A stretch of DNA of 64,000 bases from Chrysomallon squamiferum (GCA_012295275.1 CM022677.1:18104001-18168000), one strand, 5' to 3'; numbered from the stretch's first letter, positions 27,687 through 42,225 are shown. Program-made: numbers and translations. The notes: generated by a model not told the origin, from the sequence alone.

Positions 27687-28105
27687 TTACGTTCCAGAAT
27701 CAGACGGGAAATGGCAACTGGCAAGACTTGAGTTTTCAGACGACATTTTCTATGTATGTGTCCTTCTATCCACTGGCGTCTTCAAACATCTAAATTTCTT
27801 TAACATGATTTCTCTGTAGTTCCTGGCACTTCCCATCAGAAACTGAGAAATTTCATGTAGACTGAGTAGGAGAAGGAAGATAACTTTGAGTCGTTCATCA
27901 GAATAAACTGCAGTGCGTTTCCGATATATCCCAGTATATCTACAATTACTACGAGACTAAAATAGCCAATTCCACGTAAATCAAAATACAGTAAATTTGT
28001 CAGAGGTGACACGGTGCTCGCGTTTGATTGGTTAATGAGCTCGAACCCGTCTGTACTACCGCTGTACGTTGATGTTGACTCCGTCATTGCCGATGTCGTG
28101 TTCAT
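27687..28105 (-). pseudogene. GPCR copy 4; internal deletion of TM2-TM7
   Basis: MNTTSAM...YMKFLSF is joined directly to (L)MGSARNYREIMLKKF at ~27836-27842, and the C-tail is shortened. Acceptor AG at 28124-28123. Confidence 0.92.
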
Positions 28106-28126
28106 ATTCGTCCAAGTAGCTTCTGA

Positions 28127-28159
<33 letters not shown>

Positions 28160-28183
28160 TATTATTATAATAATAATAATACA

Positions 28184-28267
<84 letters not shown>

Positions 28268-28397
28268 TAATAATAATAATAATCATAATCATAATCATTA
28301 TCATCATCATCATCATCATCGTGGAATTGTCTTGATTAACATAGAAATATAGAAACAAATATTTGGAGACGAACGAAATGTGATTAGAACGAATGGG

Positions 28398-28494
<97 letters not shown>

Positions 28495-28629
28495 TAAATA
28501 AAGAGAAAGAAAGGTAGACACATATATATATGTATGCATATAGATAGGTATATATTATCTAGATAGATAGAAAGACATATACATAGATGGAAAAGTAGTA
28601 ATATAGATAAACTGATAGATAGATAGATC

Positions 28630-28830
28630 TGTCTACGTTAACACTGTGTACGTCAACGCTATCCCAGTCAAAACTGTCCGCCTCAACACTTGTCCACGTC
28701 AACACTTGTCCACGTCAACACTGTCCGCGTCAACATTCTCCGCGTCAACACTTGTCCATGCCAACACTGTCCCAGTCAACACTGTCCGCTTCAACACTTG
28801 TCCGTGTCAACACAGTCCGCGTCAACACTC
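28630..28830. repeat. 15/16-bp GTCAACAC minisatellite in the copy 4 intron
   Basis: Same unit as 14363-14483. Confidence 0.9.
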
Positions 28831-29449
28831 TGCGTTGATGTAAAGTTTGTCAGTTCTGCTTTTAGTTACGCACCTCACTCGCACAGTAGAATTTCAGTCT
28901 CTGTTCTTTCCGTTTATTGATCATCAAACCATTCTCCGCCAAGAAACAATTTGTAGTGCTTTAGTCTGTGCAAACGTGCGTTTCCGCTGGGTTTTCTGGA
29001 GATAGTTATAAATGAAAGTTTTAATAAATTCAAAGAAATAAGCAACTAACTGTGAAAAGATCAGCTACACACAACATCAACAGTCGACATGGAAACCGAA
29101 ACAAAGCAGTGAGAGATTCAAAACTAGCCACTTTAAAAACAGCCTGTTTTCTAGCATTTACAGATCTAATATTTATTAAATCGTAAATGTTGACGTTTTG
29201 ATATTGTTATCTGTTTCTATATATCTGTATCTATATCTATCTCTCTCTACATGTGTGTCTGTGTGTTTGTGTGTGTGTGAGTGTGTATACTGAGAGAGCG
29301 AGCGAGAGAGAAAACGACAATATTATCAGTACAGTTATTATCAGTATTATTACTTTTCTTCTATTATTATTATTATTATTATTATTGTTATTATTGCCAC
29401 TATTATCACTAATTTTCTACTCTTACTATTATCATTATTATTGTTGTTG

Positions 29450-29489
<40 letters not shown>

Positions 29490-29595
29490 TATTACTTGTA
29501 GTAGTAGCAGTAGTAGTAGTAGTAGTAGTAGTTGTAGTAGTACTAGTAGTAGTGGTAATAGTAGTAGTAATAGCAATAACGTTATTCTAGTATAC

Positions 29596-29711
29596 ACTTA
29601 CCAATGTGTTGCGAAATTCTTCCACAAATTTCTTCTCAAATGTCGATCATTTCTCTACCTTCTTTTATAAAGATTTCTTCACCAAACTCAGCTGTCAATC
29701 AAATTACGTCA
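29596..29711 (-). promoter_or_regulatory. Promoter / first-exon module of copy 4
   Basis: Minus strand: TGACGTAAT, TGATTGACAG 29701-29692, TATAAAAG 29669-29662, GTAAGT 29601-29596. Confidence 0.68.
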
Positions 29712-30207
29712 CTGTATTAAATGTGCCTAGCGATGATTAAAATTTTAATTAAAAAGTTTAATTCTCTACGTAATTCTGATTAATCCTTGCATACAGACAG
29801 TTGAAAAGAATTACTTATCTAATGAAAATTCTGTTGACTTTTAAATGTGACGTTTTTCTTCATCAAGTTTAACAGCTGTTTCGTGAGTTGGTAATATATT
29901 AATATGTTGCGGTAATTATTTCGTTTCTTGAATCAACGACTATTTTTTTTTAATTATTAAACAGACAGCTGGTATGTTTGAATTATTATTTTATTTTCGA
30001 TTTTTTTTTTTTATTATTATTTTTTTTTTTATTATCTTTGTATTTCAGTCTGTGTGTTAATGCGAGGTGAGATAAAATGAATCGTGAATATCCACACGAA
30101 ACTAAGACATTACGAGACTAAATGAAAATTATTTACTAATGACAAATTTGTTCTGGCGTTTGCAGACTGGTTTTCCAATTAATGTGCTTCCAATGTATAT
30201 ATATATA

Positions 30208-30301
<94 letters not shown>

Positions 30302-30341
30302 TATATATATATATATACACACACATACATACATACATGCA

Positions 30342-30375
<34 letters not shown>

Positions 30376-30862
30376 CAGGGGGTTATCAGAGAAAGGTTGT
30401 GAAAACTTTCTTTCACAGCAAATTATTCATCAGTCGATTTAAATTACGCAAAACCCAACATAGTTAAATGAAAATAGTAAGAGTATAAATAGACAAATAA
30501 ATAAATAAATACAATAAACAAAAAAAAATAAATAAAAAAAATACATAAATAAATAAATAAATAAATGACGTTAATAATATTAATAACATAAGATACACTT
30601 GATACGTTTTTATTATTGTACAGTATTATGCATCGATTCTACACAGTTCTCTGTTAACAGAAAGTCATCTGTTTTGTATGTACGGTCTTGTAGATAATAA
30701 ATTAATTGTATTTGATTATACAGGTCATGATTGATAGCCTTTCTGTTTTTTTCTCTCTCTGTCTCTTGTCTTTCCTTCTGTGTCTTTCTCTTTTCATTCA
30801 TCCATCTATCCACCTGTCTGTATATCTGTTTTAATCATGACTGTTATTAAGATAAGTATTAG

Positions 30863-30895
<33 letters not shown>

Positions 30896-30997
30896 CATTA
30901 CATCTATTATTATTATTATCTTTGTATATTAGTTTGTTTATCAGATTGAATGAACGTACGATATATATGTGTATATATATATATATTCCTAAATATA

Positions 30998-32475
30998 CTC
31001 TAACAAAAAAGAAACGCAAAAGTAGATTTTATTGACATTGGGAATATCTATCTAATGGATCAACAGAAAGCAGCAGAATGTTCACATTTTACACACACTT
31101 TCGCAATTCATTAAAATTGATGAAATTACATTGAAAGAGTTAAAGTTCAAGATTATAACAGTATAATATCAATACCTTGTGTGCCCACCATTGGAGTCCA
31201 GAAATGCCTGACATCTCCTTCCCATGGCAATAATGATATTACGAATTACACCTTGTGGAATGGTGGCCCACTCTGTCTGTAGTAATAATGCCAACTGAGC
31301 ACGATTCTGTGGCTGTGGTTGATGCTGCCTCAGTCGTCTATCCAACTCATTCTATAAATGATCTACACAGGGTTCAAATCCGGAGATTTAGAGGGCCAGG
31401 GCAGGACCTGAATGTTATTGTTGTGTAGGTACGCTGTTGTGAGTCTGGCTGTATGTGGTATCGCATTCTCGTACTGGAATACAGCGTTGCCATTATTCAT
31501 AATTAGAGCGACATGTGGCTGCAAAATTTCATCTCAGTATCTCTGTGCTGTTAAGTTGCCTTGGATATGAACCAGGTTGGTCCTGTCAGTGTATGAGATT
31601 GCTACCCACACCATCACACTACCTCCGCAAATTCTGTCCGCTTCCTGTATACAGTTTGCAGCAAAACGTTCACCACGACGTCTGTAAACTCGACATCTTC
31701 CTTCAGCTCGACGAAGCAGAAATCGAGCCTCGTCACTAAACCAGACAGTTCTCCATCGTAACTGAGGCCAGACTCTGTGCATTTGACACCAGTGACGCCG
31801 TAGTCGGCGATGTTGTTGACTTAAAACCACTCTTCTTACAGGCCGTCTGGCTCAAATACCTACCTCGCTTAAACGATTGCGCACTGTCTGAGCCGATATT
31901 CTACGCAGACCTGGTATTGCTGAAGCAGTAGAGTTTGTCGTGGTGGTTCTTTCCCGTAGATGAAGTACCCGTATGTAGCGGTCCTGGGCCCTGGTGGTTA
32001 CAAGTGGTCTACCTGATCTGGGACGGTCACGTGTTGTTTGGTGTTCCTGGAACGGATACCACAATCTGAAGATGGTGCTTGTGGATACATGAAACACCCA
32101 TCTACGGCTGAGAAGGATTCGCCAGCTTGTAAACGGCCGATGGTGTTGTTTCGTTGCGGTTCACTCAGTCGTGGCATTTGTTTGATGTTGGGTCAGAACA
32201 AAATTAACTAACAGAAGTATTCGAAAACCTTGACTTTTTATAATCCTCATATTCAAGTTTCATGTGCCGCACGTGCACTTGCACTGGTATCGTGGTTTGC
32301 ATTCGGGGACGTTTTGGCAAATAAACACGATCATAGCCTTTATTTTGTGTTACCTGCTTTTTGGCGACTGTAATAAAAGCTATACGTTTGAATCACCAAA
32401 TGTCATCATATTCATAGATTAGTTTACAATAGTTATCTAAGAAATCAACCATTTTGCTTCCCTTCTTTGGGAGAG
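30998..32475 (-). mobile_element. Tc1-family DNA transposon, full length but decayed (copy B)
   Basis: Flanked by TA. Degenerate TIRs CTCTAACAAAAAAGAAACGCAAAA and its counterpart ending GGGAGAG. Transposase ~31169-32177 in broken frames, with RSGRP, VWFSDEARF and GGSVMVW. Confidence 0.94.
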
Positions 32476-32875
32476 TATATATATATATGTGTGTGTGTTT
32501 GTGTGTGGTATATTTTGTAATTAATTTCTTTCAGTTATCATCTCTTTAATAAATTTCTTTTACGTTACATGCATTGCAGGAAACAACAACAACAAAAAAC
32601 AAACAAAAAACAACAACAACAAAACGAGAGAGAGAATATTAATCGTGACTTGTATAATCAAAGAGTATTTGATGTTTTATAAGTTGGTAAATATAAAAGA
32701 TGATTTTCTGTTAAAGTAGAACTGTGTAGGATCGAGTGAAGAAAGCGGATTTTTCTATTTTGATATAAACATCTGTAATAAAACATTAAAATAAAAACGT
32801 ATCAAGGTTTAACTTTTCTACACAGTTCCATCTTATATCGCTATTACTACTACTACTGCTACTGCTACTACTGCA

Positions 32876-32906
<31 letters not shown>

Positions 32907-33080
32907 TTATTATTATTAATTACTTATTTGTCTATGTATTTATTTACCTACTTATTTCCTACTTGCTTTTTGTATTGGATTTTACGTAATTTAAATTGAC
33001 TGATAAATAATTAAGGGTGAAAGAATTTTTGCAACAAACTTTCTCTGAAAACGACTTGTGTGTGCGTGTGTTTATGTGTT

Positions 33081-33118
<38 letters not shown>

Positions 33119-33592
33119 TTGCGGAAGCACATTAATTCCAAAACTCATCTGCAGAGGTCAGAACAAATTTGTCATCAGTTAATAACCATCAGTTATCATC
33201 GTAATGTGTTAATTTCATATTGACATTTACGGTTCATCTTATCTAGCCTCGCGTTAACACACAGACTGAAATACAAAGATAATAATAATAACATTAATAG
33301 TAATAATAAAAATTAGAAAATAATATAACAATTCAAAAATACGAACAGTCCTTTTAATAAAAAATCATTGATTCAAGAAACAAAATAATTTGCACAACAT
33401 ATTAATATATTACCAGCTCACGAAAAAGCTTTTAAACTTGATGAAGGAAAACGTCACATTCAACAGTCAACAGAATTTTCATTAGATAAGTAATTCTTTT
33501 CAACTGGCTGTATGCAAGGATTAATCAGAATTACGCAGAGAATTAAACTTTTTAAATAAAATTTTAATCATCGCTAGGCACATTTAATACAG

Positions 33593-33708
33593 TGACGTAA
33601 TTTGATTGACAGCTCAGTTTGGTGAAGAAATCTTTATAAAAGAAGGTAGAAAAATTATCGACATTTGAGAAGAAATTTGTGGAAGAATTTCGCAACAAAC
33701 TGGTAAGT
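33593..33708 (+). promoter_or_regulatory. Promoter / first-exon module of copy 5
   Basis: TGACGTAAT, TGATTGACAG 33603-33612, TATAAAAG 33635-33642, GTAAGT at 33703. Confidence 0.7.
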
Positions 33709-34036
33709 GTATACATGTATTAATTAATTATTATCATATCTAGTAATAATAATACTATTACTGCATCTACTACTACTACTATACTACTATTAATACCACC
33801 ACAACTACAACCATTGTTCCATTATCTACTATTAGTACTTCTACTACTACTACTTCTACTAATAAAATATTAGCAGTAGTAATAGTACTACAACTACTAA
33901 TAATACTAACGATAATAATAAGAAGAACATGAATAATTAGAATATTAATAACAATAATAATAGCAATACAAGTAGTAGTAGTTGTAGTAAATAATAATAA
34001 AGAAAATGACAAAATAATAATAATAATAAAAATAAA

Positions 34037-34070
<34 letters not shown>

Positions 34071-34440
34071 TAATAATAAAAATAAAAATAATAATAATAA
34101 TGAAAGAAGCTGTAAATATTTAAAAAAAAAAAAAAATTACTGATACTAATGCTTTGGTTTTATTATTTTATTATATTTAAAATATTTTGTTCTTATCTTA
34201 TTCGAAAATGTTATTTTATTAGAAAAAATAAAAATGTCTGCGATAAATACTGTTTTTTTATCCTCAAAGAAAATCAGTTTAAAAATTTTTCAATTTTTTT
34301 AAACAAAACTGGTTGCGTTAAATATGTCCATTACTTCGGTGCTATCTTTTTTGTCTCTTTCTGTCTGTCTGTCTGTCTGAGTATCTCTCTTTAAACCATT
34401 TTGTATTTTTAGTTTGTTTTTCTCTTTCTCTCTCTGATTG

Positions 34441-34476
<36 letters not shown>

Positions 34477-34488
34477 GTCTCTCTGTGT

Positions 34489-34557
<69 letters not shown>

Positions 34558-34917
34558 TATCAACCTAATGAAATGGTTACAGACAAAGATGGTTGTAAAA
34601 AATCTTTGACGGCAAATTATTTATCAGTTTATATAAATGAGGTGAAGTCCTACTTAAACTGCGTGTACCAAAAAATTAGATAATTAGAGGAAAAAATATA
34701 AAAAAATGTTAATAAAAACAAAGACAAACAAATGAATCAGTAAATAAATAAATAAATAGATAAAATAAATAAATAAATCACATTAATAATAAATATTAAT
34801 ATCAAATTGATGATTTCACTTTCACTTTCTCTCATTATGATTTTTTCATTCTGTTGTTGTTGTTGTTGTTGTTGTTGTTATTATTTTATTATTATTTCAG
34901 ACATCATTTTGAAGAAT

Positions 34918-36042
34918 ATGAATACGACCTCAGTCATGACGGAGTCAACGTCAACGTACATCGGCAGTACAGACGGACTCAAATTCATTAACCAATCAAT
35001 CGCGAAAAAACATCGTCCCACCTTCGACAAATTTACTGTATTTTAATTTACGTGGAATTGGCTATTTTAGTCTCGTAGTAATTGTAGATATACTGGGAGC
35101 CATCGGAAACGCACTGCAGTTTATTCTGATGAACGATTCAAAGTTGTCTCCCTTCTCCTACTCAGTCTACATGAAATTTCTGAGTTTCTCTGACACCTTG
35201 TTGCTAGGCACCGAACTGTTCCGAGAATCGGAGTTCCAGTTTCATATTCCAAGGACTGTTGACGTCAGCAATTTCTGGTGTAAAACCCTAAATATATTGC
35301 GTATATTTCCCAAGTTCCTCTCGCCTTGGCTGATCATAGGACTGACGCTGGACAGATACGTTCTGTGTCAGTTTCCCATTGTCACGTGACTGCTTTTGCA
35401 CGAGAAGGAAAGCGTTGGTCGTCTGCTGGTCTATGGTTCTCGTTATTTTCGTTCTGCACATCCCTGTTCTTGTCATGGTTGAAATAAACGACGGTGTATG
35501 CTATCCATCGAAGGAAATCGGTTTTGTTTTTGATTGCCTATCGAGTAGTTCTCTCGTCCACACTTCCGTGCGTCTGTATCTTCGTCCTCAACGTCATGAT
35601 CGTGAAACGGAGCAACGAATTCAGGAAAACCTTCATGAAATCTGGCAAAGAATCTATGAACCTGAAAGAAGATAATGCAACGCGCCCTCTCGTTTTCGTT
35701 TCCGTTCTTGCTCTGCTAACTATTCTACCCGCCGCGGTGTCAGATTGTGTTTACGTGGGACTCAACCTTAGCAAATCCGATATGTTCGCTTTTACCTTAT
35801 CTGGCAGTCTTTGGCCGCTCTTCAATTTGATCTATTTGTTAAACTTTGCTCAGAATTTTTACATTCTGATGGGAAGTGCCAGGAACTACAGAGAAATCAT
35901 GTTTAAGAAATTTAGATGTTTGAAGACGCGATTGGATAGAAGGACAGAAACAAAGAAAATGTCGTCTGAAAATTCAAGTTCTACCAGTTGCCATCTGACG
36001 TCTGTTTCTGATGTCGTTGCCATGACTGACGTAGGAACGTAA
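34918..36042 (+). pseudogene. GPCR copy 5; three frameshifts and a 9-bp in-frame deletion
   Basis: ATG 34918, acceptor AG 34899-34900. Shifts at ~35005 (A run), ~35361 (TT) and ~35527 (T run). MIVKR replaces MIIAHVQR at ~35600. Confidence 0.9.
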
Positions 36043-36847
36043 ACATAAATTTCTGATGTCGTTGTGTGTGACTGACGTTGGAACATAAATGAAAAAACAA
36101 ATTATCAATTCACTGGCAAAATGGACAGTCATACTGATTTTGATTCATTGTTTTCGATATGGATTCGTTTTCGCCTGTTTTCTTCACTGCACAGTGCATA
36201 TAGAGAAATGTATTTATCCATTTATTTATTTACTAATGGTTTTCTTTATACTTTACACTTGTCATATTAAATGATGCACAAAATACACGAAAATATATCT
36301 ATCTGTCTATATCCTTTCCAAAAATTCTTTGCAACCTTTTGAACAAGATGGTTTTTTTGTTTGTTGGGGTGGGGGCAGTTAAATTTTATTCATTTTGCTT
36401 TGTATCTTAAATGAGAAAATATAAATATGCACAAATCATCCTGAAAACCACACGGATGGACTCGAGCAGAACAAATAGTTTCTTCTATGATTTCTTGTAC
36501 TGGACGTGTATATACAGACAGACAGACACACAGATAGATGGAGAGCTGGAATTACAGATTATAGATGAAGATTATAGATTGTGGGGGGAGGTTTGTTGTT
36601 GTTTTTATTATTATTATTTTTTTCACATCTTTAATTATTACTAATAATTTGATACGCTGATATTTAGAGCAATGATTTTCACCGTCTTCTCAATAACAAT
36701 ATAAACGTCGACATTTCTTACATTGATCGAACCATCTTGAAAAGTTTGTATTTCTTTTGGAAAAAAGATACCGTAATTATATCTCTTCAATGATATAATA
36801 AAACGAGAGATATTATGCATTGTTTTATTTATTTATTTATTTATTTA

Positions 36848-36886
<39 letters not shown>

Positions 36887-37625
36887 TGCCATTGTTGTTG
36901 TTATTGTTATTATTATTATTATTATTATTTATTTGTTGATCTTTTATAATCATTAAAAAAATTCTGATTTGTTTGTTTGTTTGTTTGTTTGATATTATGT
37001 TTTATTTATTTTACCAATATTCCGCATTCTTTTAATAATATTTCTTTCTTTCAGTATTTTAAAATGAATGTTAATGTGAAAAATCCATTTATAAAATATC
37101 ATTTACTACCCCTCCTTCATAATAAAGGGAGACAATTGATGTTTCTTTCCTCTTGAACTGAGAAATACGAAGTCAGTTTTATACGAATCCAATTTTTCTT
37201 GCAAGGTTTTATTGCAGTCGTTTCTTTTTTTTGTTTTTTTCAGTTTTATTATGCTCTAATTTTGAAACTGTTATATTGTTATTTTGAGCGTGTTATATTG
37301 TCATTTAAACAAGTTATTACGTTTTCATTTTAATGATTTATTAAGTTATAATTTAACTGTTTTATTTCACCATCCTATTCAGTAATGTTTCTTTAAATTA
37401 CTTCAATGTTTTACTGAGATGTCATTTCAACTTCTTATTACGTCATTAATTTAACATATTATTATGACGTAATTTCAAAATCCTATCACGTCATTATTTC
37501 AGTGACATGTCATAGTTATTTCAAAACTGTAATTGTATGTTTGTTTTAACATTCGTTTTAGTGAAATGTAGATCATGTTTCTTCTGCAGTACTACAGTTG
37601 AAACGTCAGATAATTATTGACGTCG

Positions 37626-37662
<37 letters not shown>

Positions 37663-37744
37663 TATTATTATTATTATTGTTGTTTTTTTGTTGTTATTAT
37701 TGTTGTTCTTGGTTTTATCAATATTAATATTATTATTATTATTA

Positions 37745-37784
<40 letters not shown>

Positions 37785-38975
37785 CATTATAGTTTATAAT
37801 ACGATTAAAAAATGTATTACTACTTGAAACAATAAGACGAAACCAATGATGTAATTTTGCTTTCTGTGTAAATAAAGAATTTAATTACTAATCCCGTTTA
37901 TTTATCACTTCACACATCCATACGTCTCTCTATATTTTTATCATATGTGTGTATGTATGTATGTATGTATCTATGTATGTATGTATGTATGTATGTATGT
38001 ATGTATGTATGTATGTATGTATCTATGTATGTATCTATGTATATACGTTTGTATGTATGTATGTATATATGTATATACATATATGTATGTAAGCATGTAT
38101 GTTTGGATCCAGCTAAACAGCCATCTAAATATATAGTTATGAATCCATTTCTTTTTCTGTCTCTTTGTCTGTCTGTTTATTTACCTATATACCTACCTAT
38201 CTAACTGAATGTATGTTTTTCTCTGTGTGTGTCTCTGTTTCTTAATCCATCCACAAATGCATTAGCTGATCAATCGACGTAGTTTTCTAGCTCCGGTGTG
38301 CAATAAATAAATCGAAATTTTCACATAAAAGACATCCAGCAAAAGAAAGCATAGTGACAATTAGTAATCATGTAGACTAATAAATATTGACTTTTATAGT
38401 GAGTATACGTGTGTGTTTGTCTTGTGTTTATAAATAAATAAAACTGCTAAGATCTCTATTAACTAAATGGCAAAGGCTAATATCAGAAGACTACATGTTA
38501 ATGAACGGATATTTTGAAGTTGCCTGCTAAATCGCAAAAGATAAAATAATAGGAGAATATCGTAGATGTTATAAAACAAAGATTTGTGTTATCTACATCG
38601 TACCAGAATAAGATATATAACAGACTTAACAAAGTGCTTATTCTTTATGTATGTTAAAGAAATTTCTTAATTACTACATTTGTAAAAGGTTGTAACATAC
38701 TATCTGTTGTTAGGTTCAGGAAAAAAGTTTTCGTTTAACAAGAAATTCGTTTCTATATCTGTTTTTTTCATGGGTTACGGATTTCTGATTAGAATGTTTG
38801 ATGTCGTTATTGTTTATTTATTGTTATTTTTTAAATTTATTATTATTACTATTAACAGTAGTAGTAGGAGTAGTAGTAGTAGTTGTAGTAGTAGTAGTTG
38901 TTGTAGTAGTAGCAGTAGTACAATCATTATAATTATTATTATTTTGTTCGTAGGAATGTATTTTAATCCTGCAAG

Positions 38976-39024
<49 letters not shown>

Positions 39025-39052
39025 TTATGTTTTCCGCTCACAAAAAAAAAAA

Positions 39053-39089
<37 letters not shown>

Positions 39090-39718
39090 TTTAAATTTTA
39101 CACATTTAACTTTATTGACAACATATTAATATTAAAACATAAAGAGTTGTCTCTACTTCTCCGCTGAAGGTGGGAGTAAACGTTATTTTGAAATGAGTCA
39201 CAATTGAATAACATAGCACTTGATTATGTTCCTATTTTATATCGATAGATCGAATTTGTTGATAAAACTTATTTTGCACGTAATAAAACTCATAAGAAGC
39301 ACAAGGTTTATTTATGTTTTAAGAAAATATTTCATTTGAACTGCACCATGTTTTCGACGTCAAAAGAACCGCTAATACTCAGTCTTTGTAATACATGAAT
39401 ATGCGTGGAACGAGGTTGAATGTTTAAATATTCAAGTTTGTGTACCAAATGCTTTAGACTCTCAAGGTTTGGCGAGCAATCATTTGTAATTTGTAAAATA
39501 CAAAACTCTCACGAAAGCAATCTATAGTGCAGGAAATAGGAAATATTTATTTTGAAGAAAAGGAATCCAAATAAGAATAATTGTCCGATTTAATAGTAGA
39601 ATAATAGTCACGTGTCCGCTGATGTAAGGAACAAATCTATTTGAAACACATGGGACTCGGTAAAGAGTCCGTGTACGTGTGTATTTATGTATCTATCTAT
39701 CCATATATATATAGATGT

Positions 39719-40837
39719 CTACGTTCCTACGTCAGTCACTGTAACACTACCAGAAATTGACGACTGATGACAACTTGAATTTTCAATCGACATTTTATTC
39801 ATATGTGTCCTTCTGTCCACTGGCGTCTTCAAACATCTAAATTTCTTTAACATGATTTCTCTGTAGTTTCTGGAACTTCCCATCAGAATGTAAAAATTCT
39901 GAGCGAAGTTTAATAAATAGATGATATTGAAGAGCGGCCAAACACTGGCAGATAAGGCAAAAGCGAATATATCGGATCTGGTAAGTTTGAAAATTGTATA
40001 AACAGCGTTCTTGACAGTAGCGGGTAGAATTGTTAGCAGAGCAAGAACGGAAAGCAAAACGAGAGGGCGCGTGGCGTTATCTTGCTTCTGATTGATTGAT
40101 TTATTGCAAGTGTTCATGAAGGTTTTCCTGAATTGGTTGCTCCGTTTCACGTGCGCGATGATCATGACGTTGAGGACGAAGATACAGACGCAGGGAAGTG
40201 TGGACGAAATAACGACTGAATAGCCAGTGATCAGAAAACCGGCTTCCTTCGATGGATAGCATACGCCGTCCTTTATATCAGTCATGACAAGAACAGGGAT
40301 GTGCAGAACGAAAACAACGAGAACCATAGACCAGCAGACGACCAACGCTTTCGTTCTCGTGCAAAACCAGTCACGTGACAGTGGGAAACTGACACAGACG
40401 TATCTGTCCAGCGTCAGTCCTACGATCAGCCAAGGCGAGAGGAACATTGGAAACAGAAGCAGTACATTTAGGGTTTTGCACCAGAAATTGCTGACGTCAA
40501 CAGTCCTCGGAATATGAAACTGGAACTCGGACTCTCGGAACAGTTGGGTGCCTAGCAATAATGTGTCAGATAAATTCAGAAATTTCATGTAAATTGAGTA
40601 GGAGAAGGGAGATAACTTTGAATCGTTCATCAGAATAAACTGGAGTGCGTTTCCGATGGCTCCCAGTATACCTACAATTACTACGAGACTAAAATAGCCA
40701 ATTCCACGTAAATCAAAATACACTACATTTGTCAGTGGTGATACGGTGCTCGCGTTTGATCTGTTAATCAGCTCGAATCCGTCTGTATTGCCGCTGTACG
40801 TTGATGTTGACTCCATCATTGCCGACGTCGTATTCAT
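39719..40837 (-). CDS. Class A 7TM GPCR, copy 6, intact, 372 aa
   Basis: MNTTSAMM ATG at 40837; acceptor TTGCAG ending at 40855; all 7 TM motifs including LTLDRY and NFAQNFYIL. Confidence 0.93.
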   Translation of the reverse strand: MNTTSAMMESTSTYSGNTDGFELINRSNASTVSPLTNVVYFDLRGIGYFSLVVIVGILGAIGNALQFILMNDSKLSPFSYSIYMKFLNLSDTLLLGTQLFRESEFQFHIPRTVDVSNFWCKTLNVLLLFPMFLSPWLIVGLTLDRYVCVSFPLSRDWFCTRTKALVVCWSMVLVVFVLHIPVLVMTDIKDGVCYPSKEAGFLITGYSVVISSTLPCVCIFVLNVMIIAHVKRSNQFRKTFMNTCNKSINQKQDNATRPLVLLSVLALLTILPATVKNAVYTIFKLTRSDIFAFALSASVWPLFNIIYLLNFAQNFYILMGSSRNYREIMLKKFRCLKTPVDRRTHMNKMSIENSSCHQSSISGSVTVTDVGT

Positions 40838-40858
40838 ATTCGTCCAACAAGTGTCTGC

Positions 40859-40905
<47 letters not shown>

Positions 40906-40957
40906 TGATGATAATAATAATCGTAACAATAACAATAACCACAATGATAGCAATAAC

Positions 40958-41030
<73 letters not shown>

Positions 41031-41402
41031 TTAATAATAATAATAAGCATTATCATCATGATCATCATCATCGAGGACTTGCCTTAATAAGTGTCATGAG
41101 TAAGTACATGGAGAAAAAACATAAACAAAGATGAATAAATCAAGAGAAAGAAAGGTACACACACATATACACATATATGCATATAAATATACGTATATAT
41201 ATAGATAGATAGATAGATATAGAGATAGATAGATAGATATTAGGTGAGATAGAAAAGGATACATAGACTCAGAGAAGTGTGAACACATACATACTCGGGA
41301 GAAATATTTATATAAAATAAAGGATAAAAAGTCACAAATGAAATTGTATTTAACAGACAGGAATTAATACACTGTGTAATAGGCTGATCCATTCGATCAA
41401 CA

Positions 41403-41497
41403 ATGTCCGCGTCAAAACTGTCCACGTCAACAATGTCCGGATCAACACTTGTCCGCGTAAACACGTGTCCGGTCAACACTGTCCACATCAACACTGT
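41403..41497. repeat. 15/16-bp GTCAACAC minisatellite in the copy 6 intron, about 6 units
   Basis: Degenerate copies of TGTCCGCGTCAACAC. Confidence 0.85.
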
Positions 41498-42109
41498 GCG
41501 TTGATGTAAAGTTTTTCGGTTCTCTTTTAATTTACGCACATCACTCACACAGTAGAATTTCAGTCTCTGTTCTTTCCGTGTATTGATCATCACACCATTC
41601 TCCTGAATACTTTGTTTTCTTTTTTTTTTTGCTTTAGTCAATGCCAACCTGCGTTTGTGTTGGCCTTTTGGACGTAGTTATAAATGAAAGTTTTAATAAA
41701 AGCACACAAATAATTAAGTAATCGTGAAAGGATCAGCTACACAACATGAACAGTCGACGTGAAAACCGAAACAAAACAGTGAGAGATTCAAAACTAGCCA
41801 TTTTAAAAACAGCCTGTGTTCTAGCATTTACAGATCTAATATTTATTAAATCGTAAATGTTGACGTTTCAATATTGTTATCTATATCTAAATATTATTAT
41901 TATCTGCATCTATATATATATATCTGTATGTGTATGTGTGTGTACTGAGAGAGAAAGCGAGAGAGAAAGCGACAGTATCATCAGTATAGATACTATCAGT
42001 ACTACTATTATACTTCTATTATTATTATTATTATTATATTATTATTACTTGTAGTAGTAGTAGTAGCAGTAGTAGTAGTAGTAATATCAATAACGTTATT
42101 CTAGTATAC

Positions 42110-42225
42110 ACTTACCAATGTGTTGCGAAATTCTTCCACAAATTTCTTCTAAAATGTCGATAATTTTTTTACCTTCTTTAATAAAGATTTGTTCATCAAA
42201 CGAAGCTGTCAATCAAATTTCATCA
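42110..42225 (-). promoter_or_regulatory. Promoter / first-exon module of copy 6
   Basis: Minus strand: TGATTGACAG 42215-42206, TATTAAAG 42183-42176, GTAAGT 42115-42110. Confidence 0.68.
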
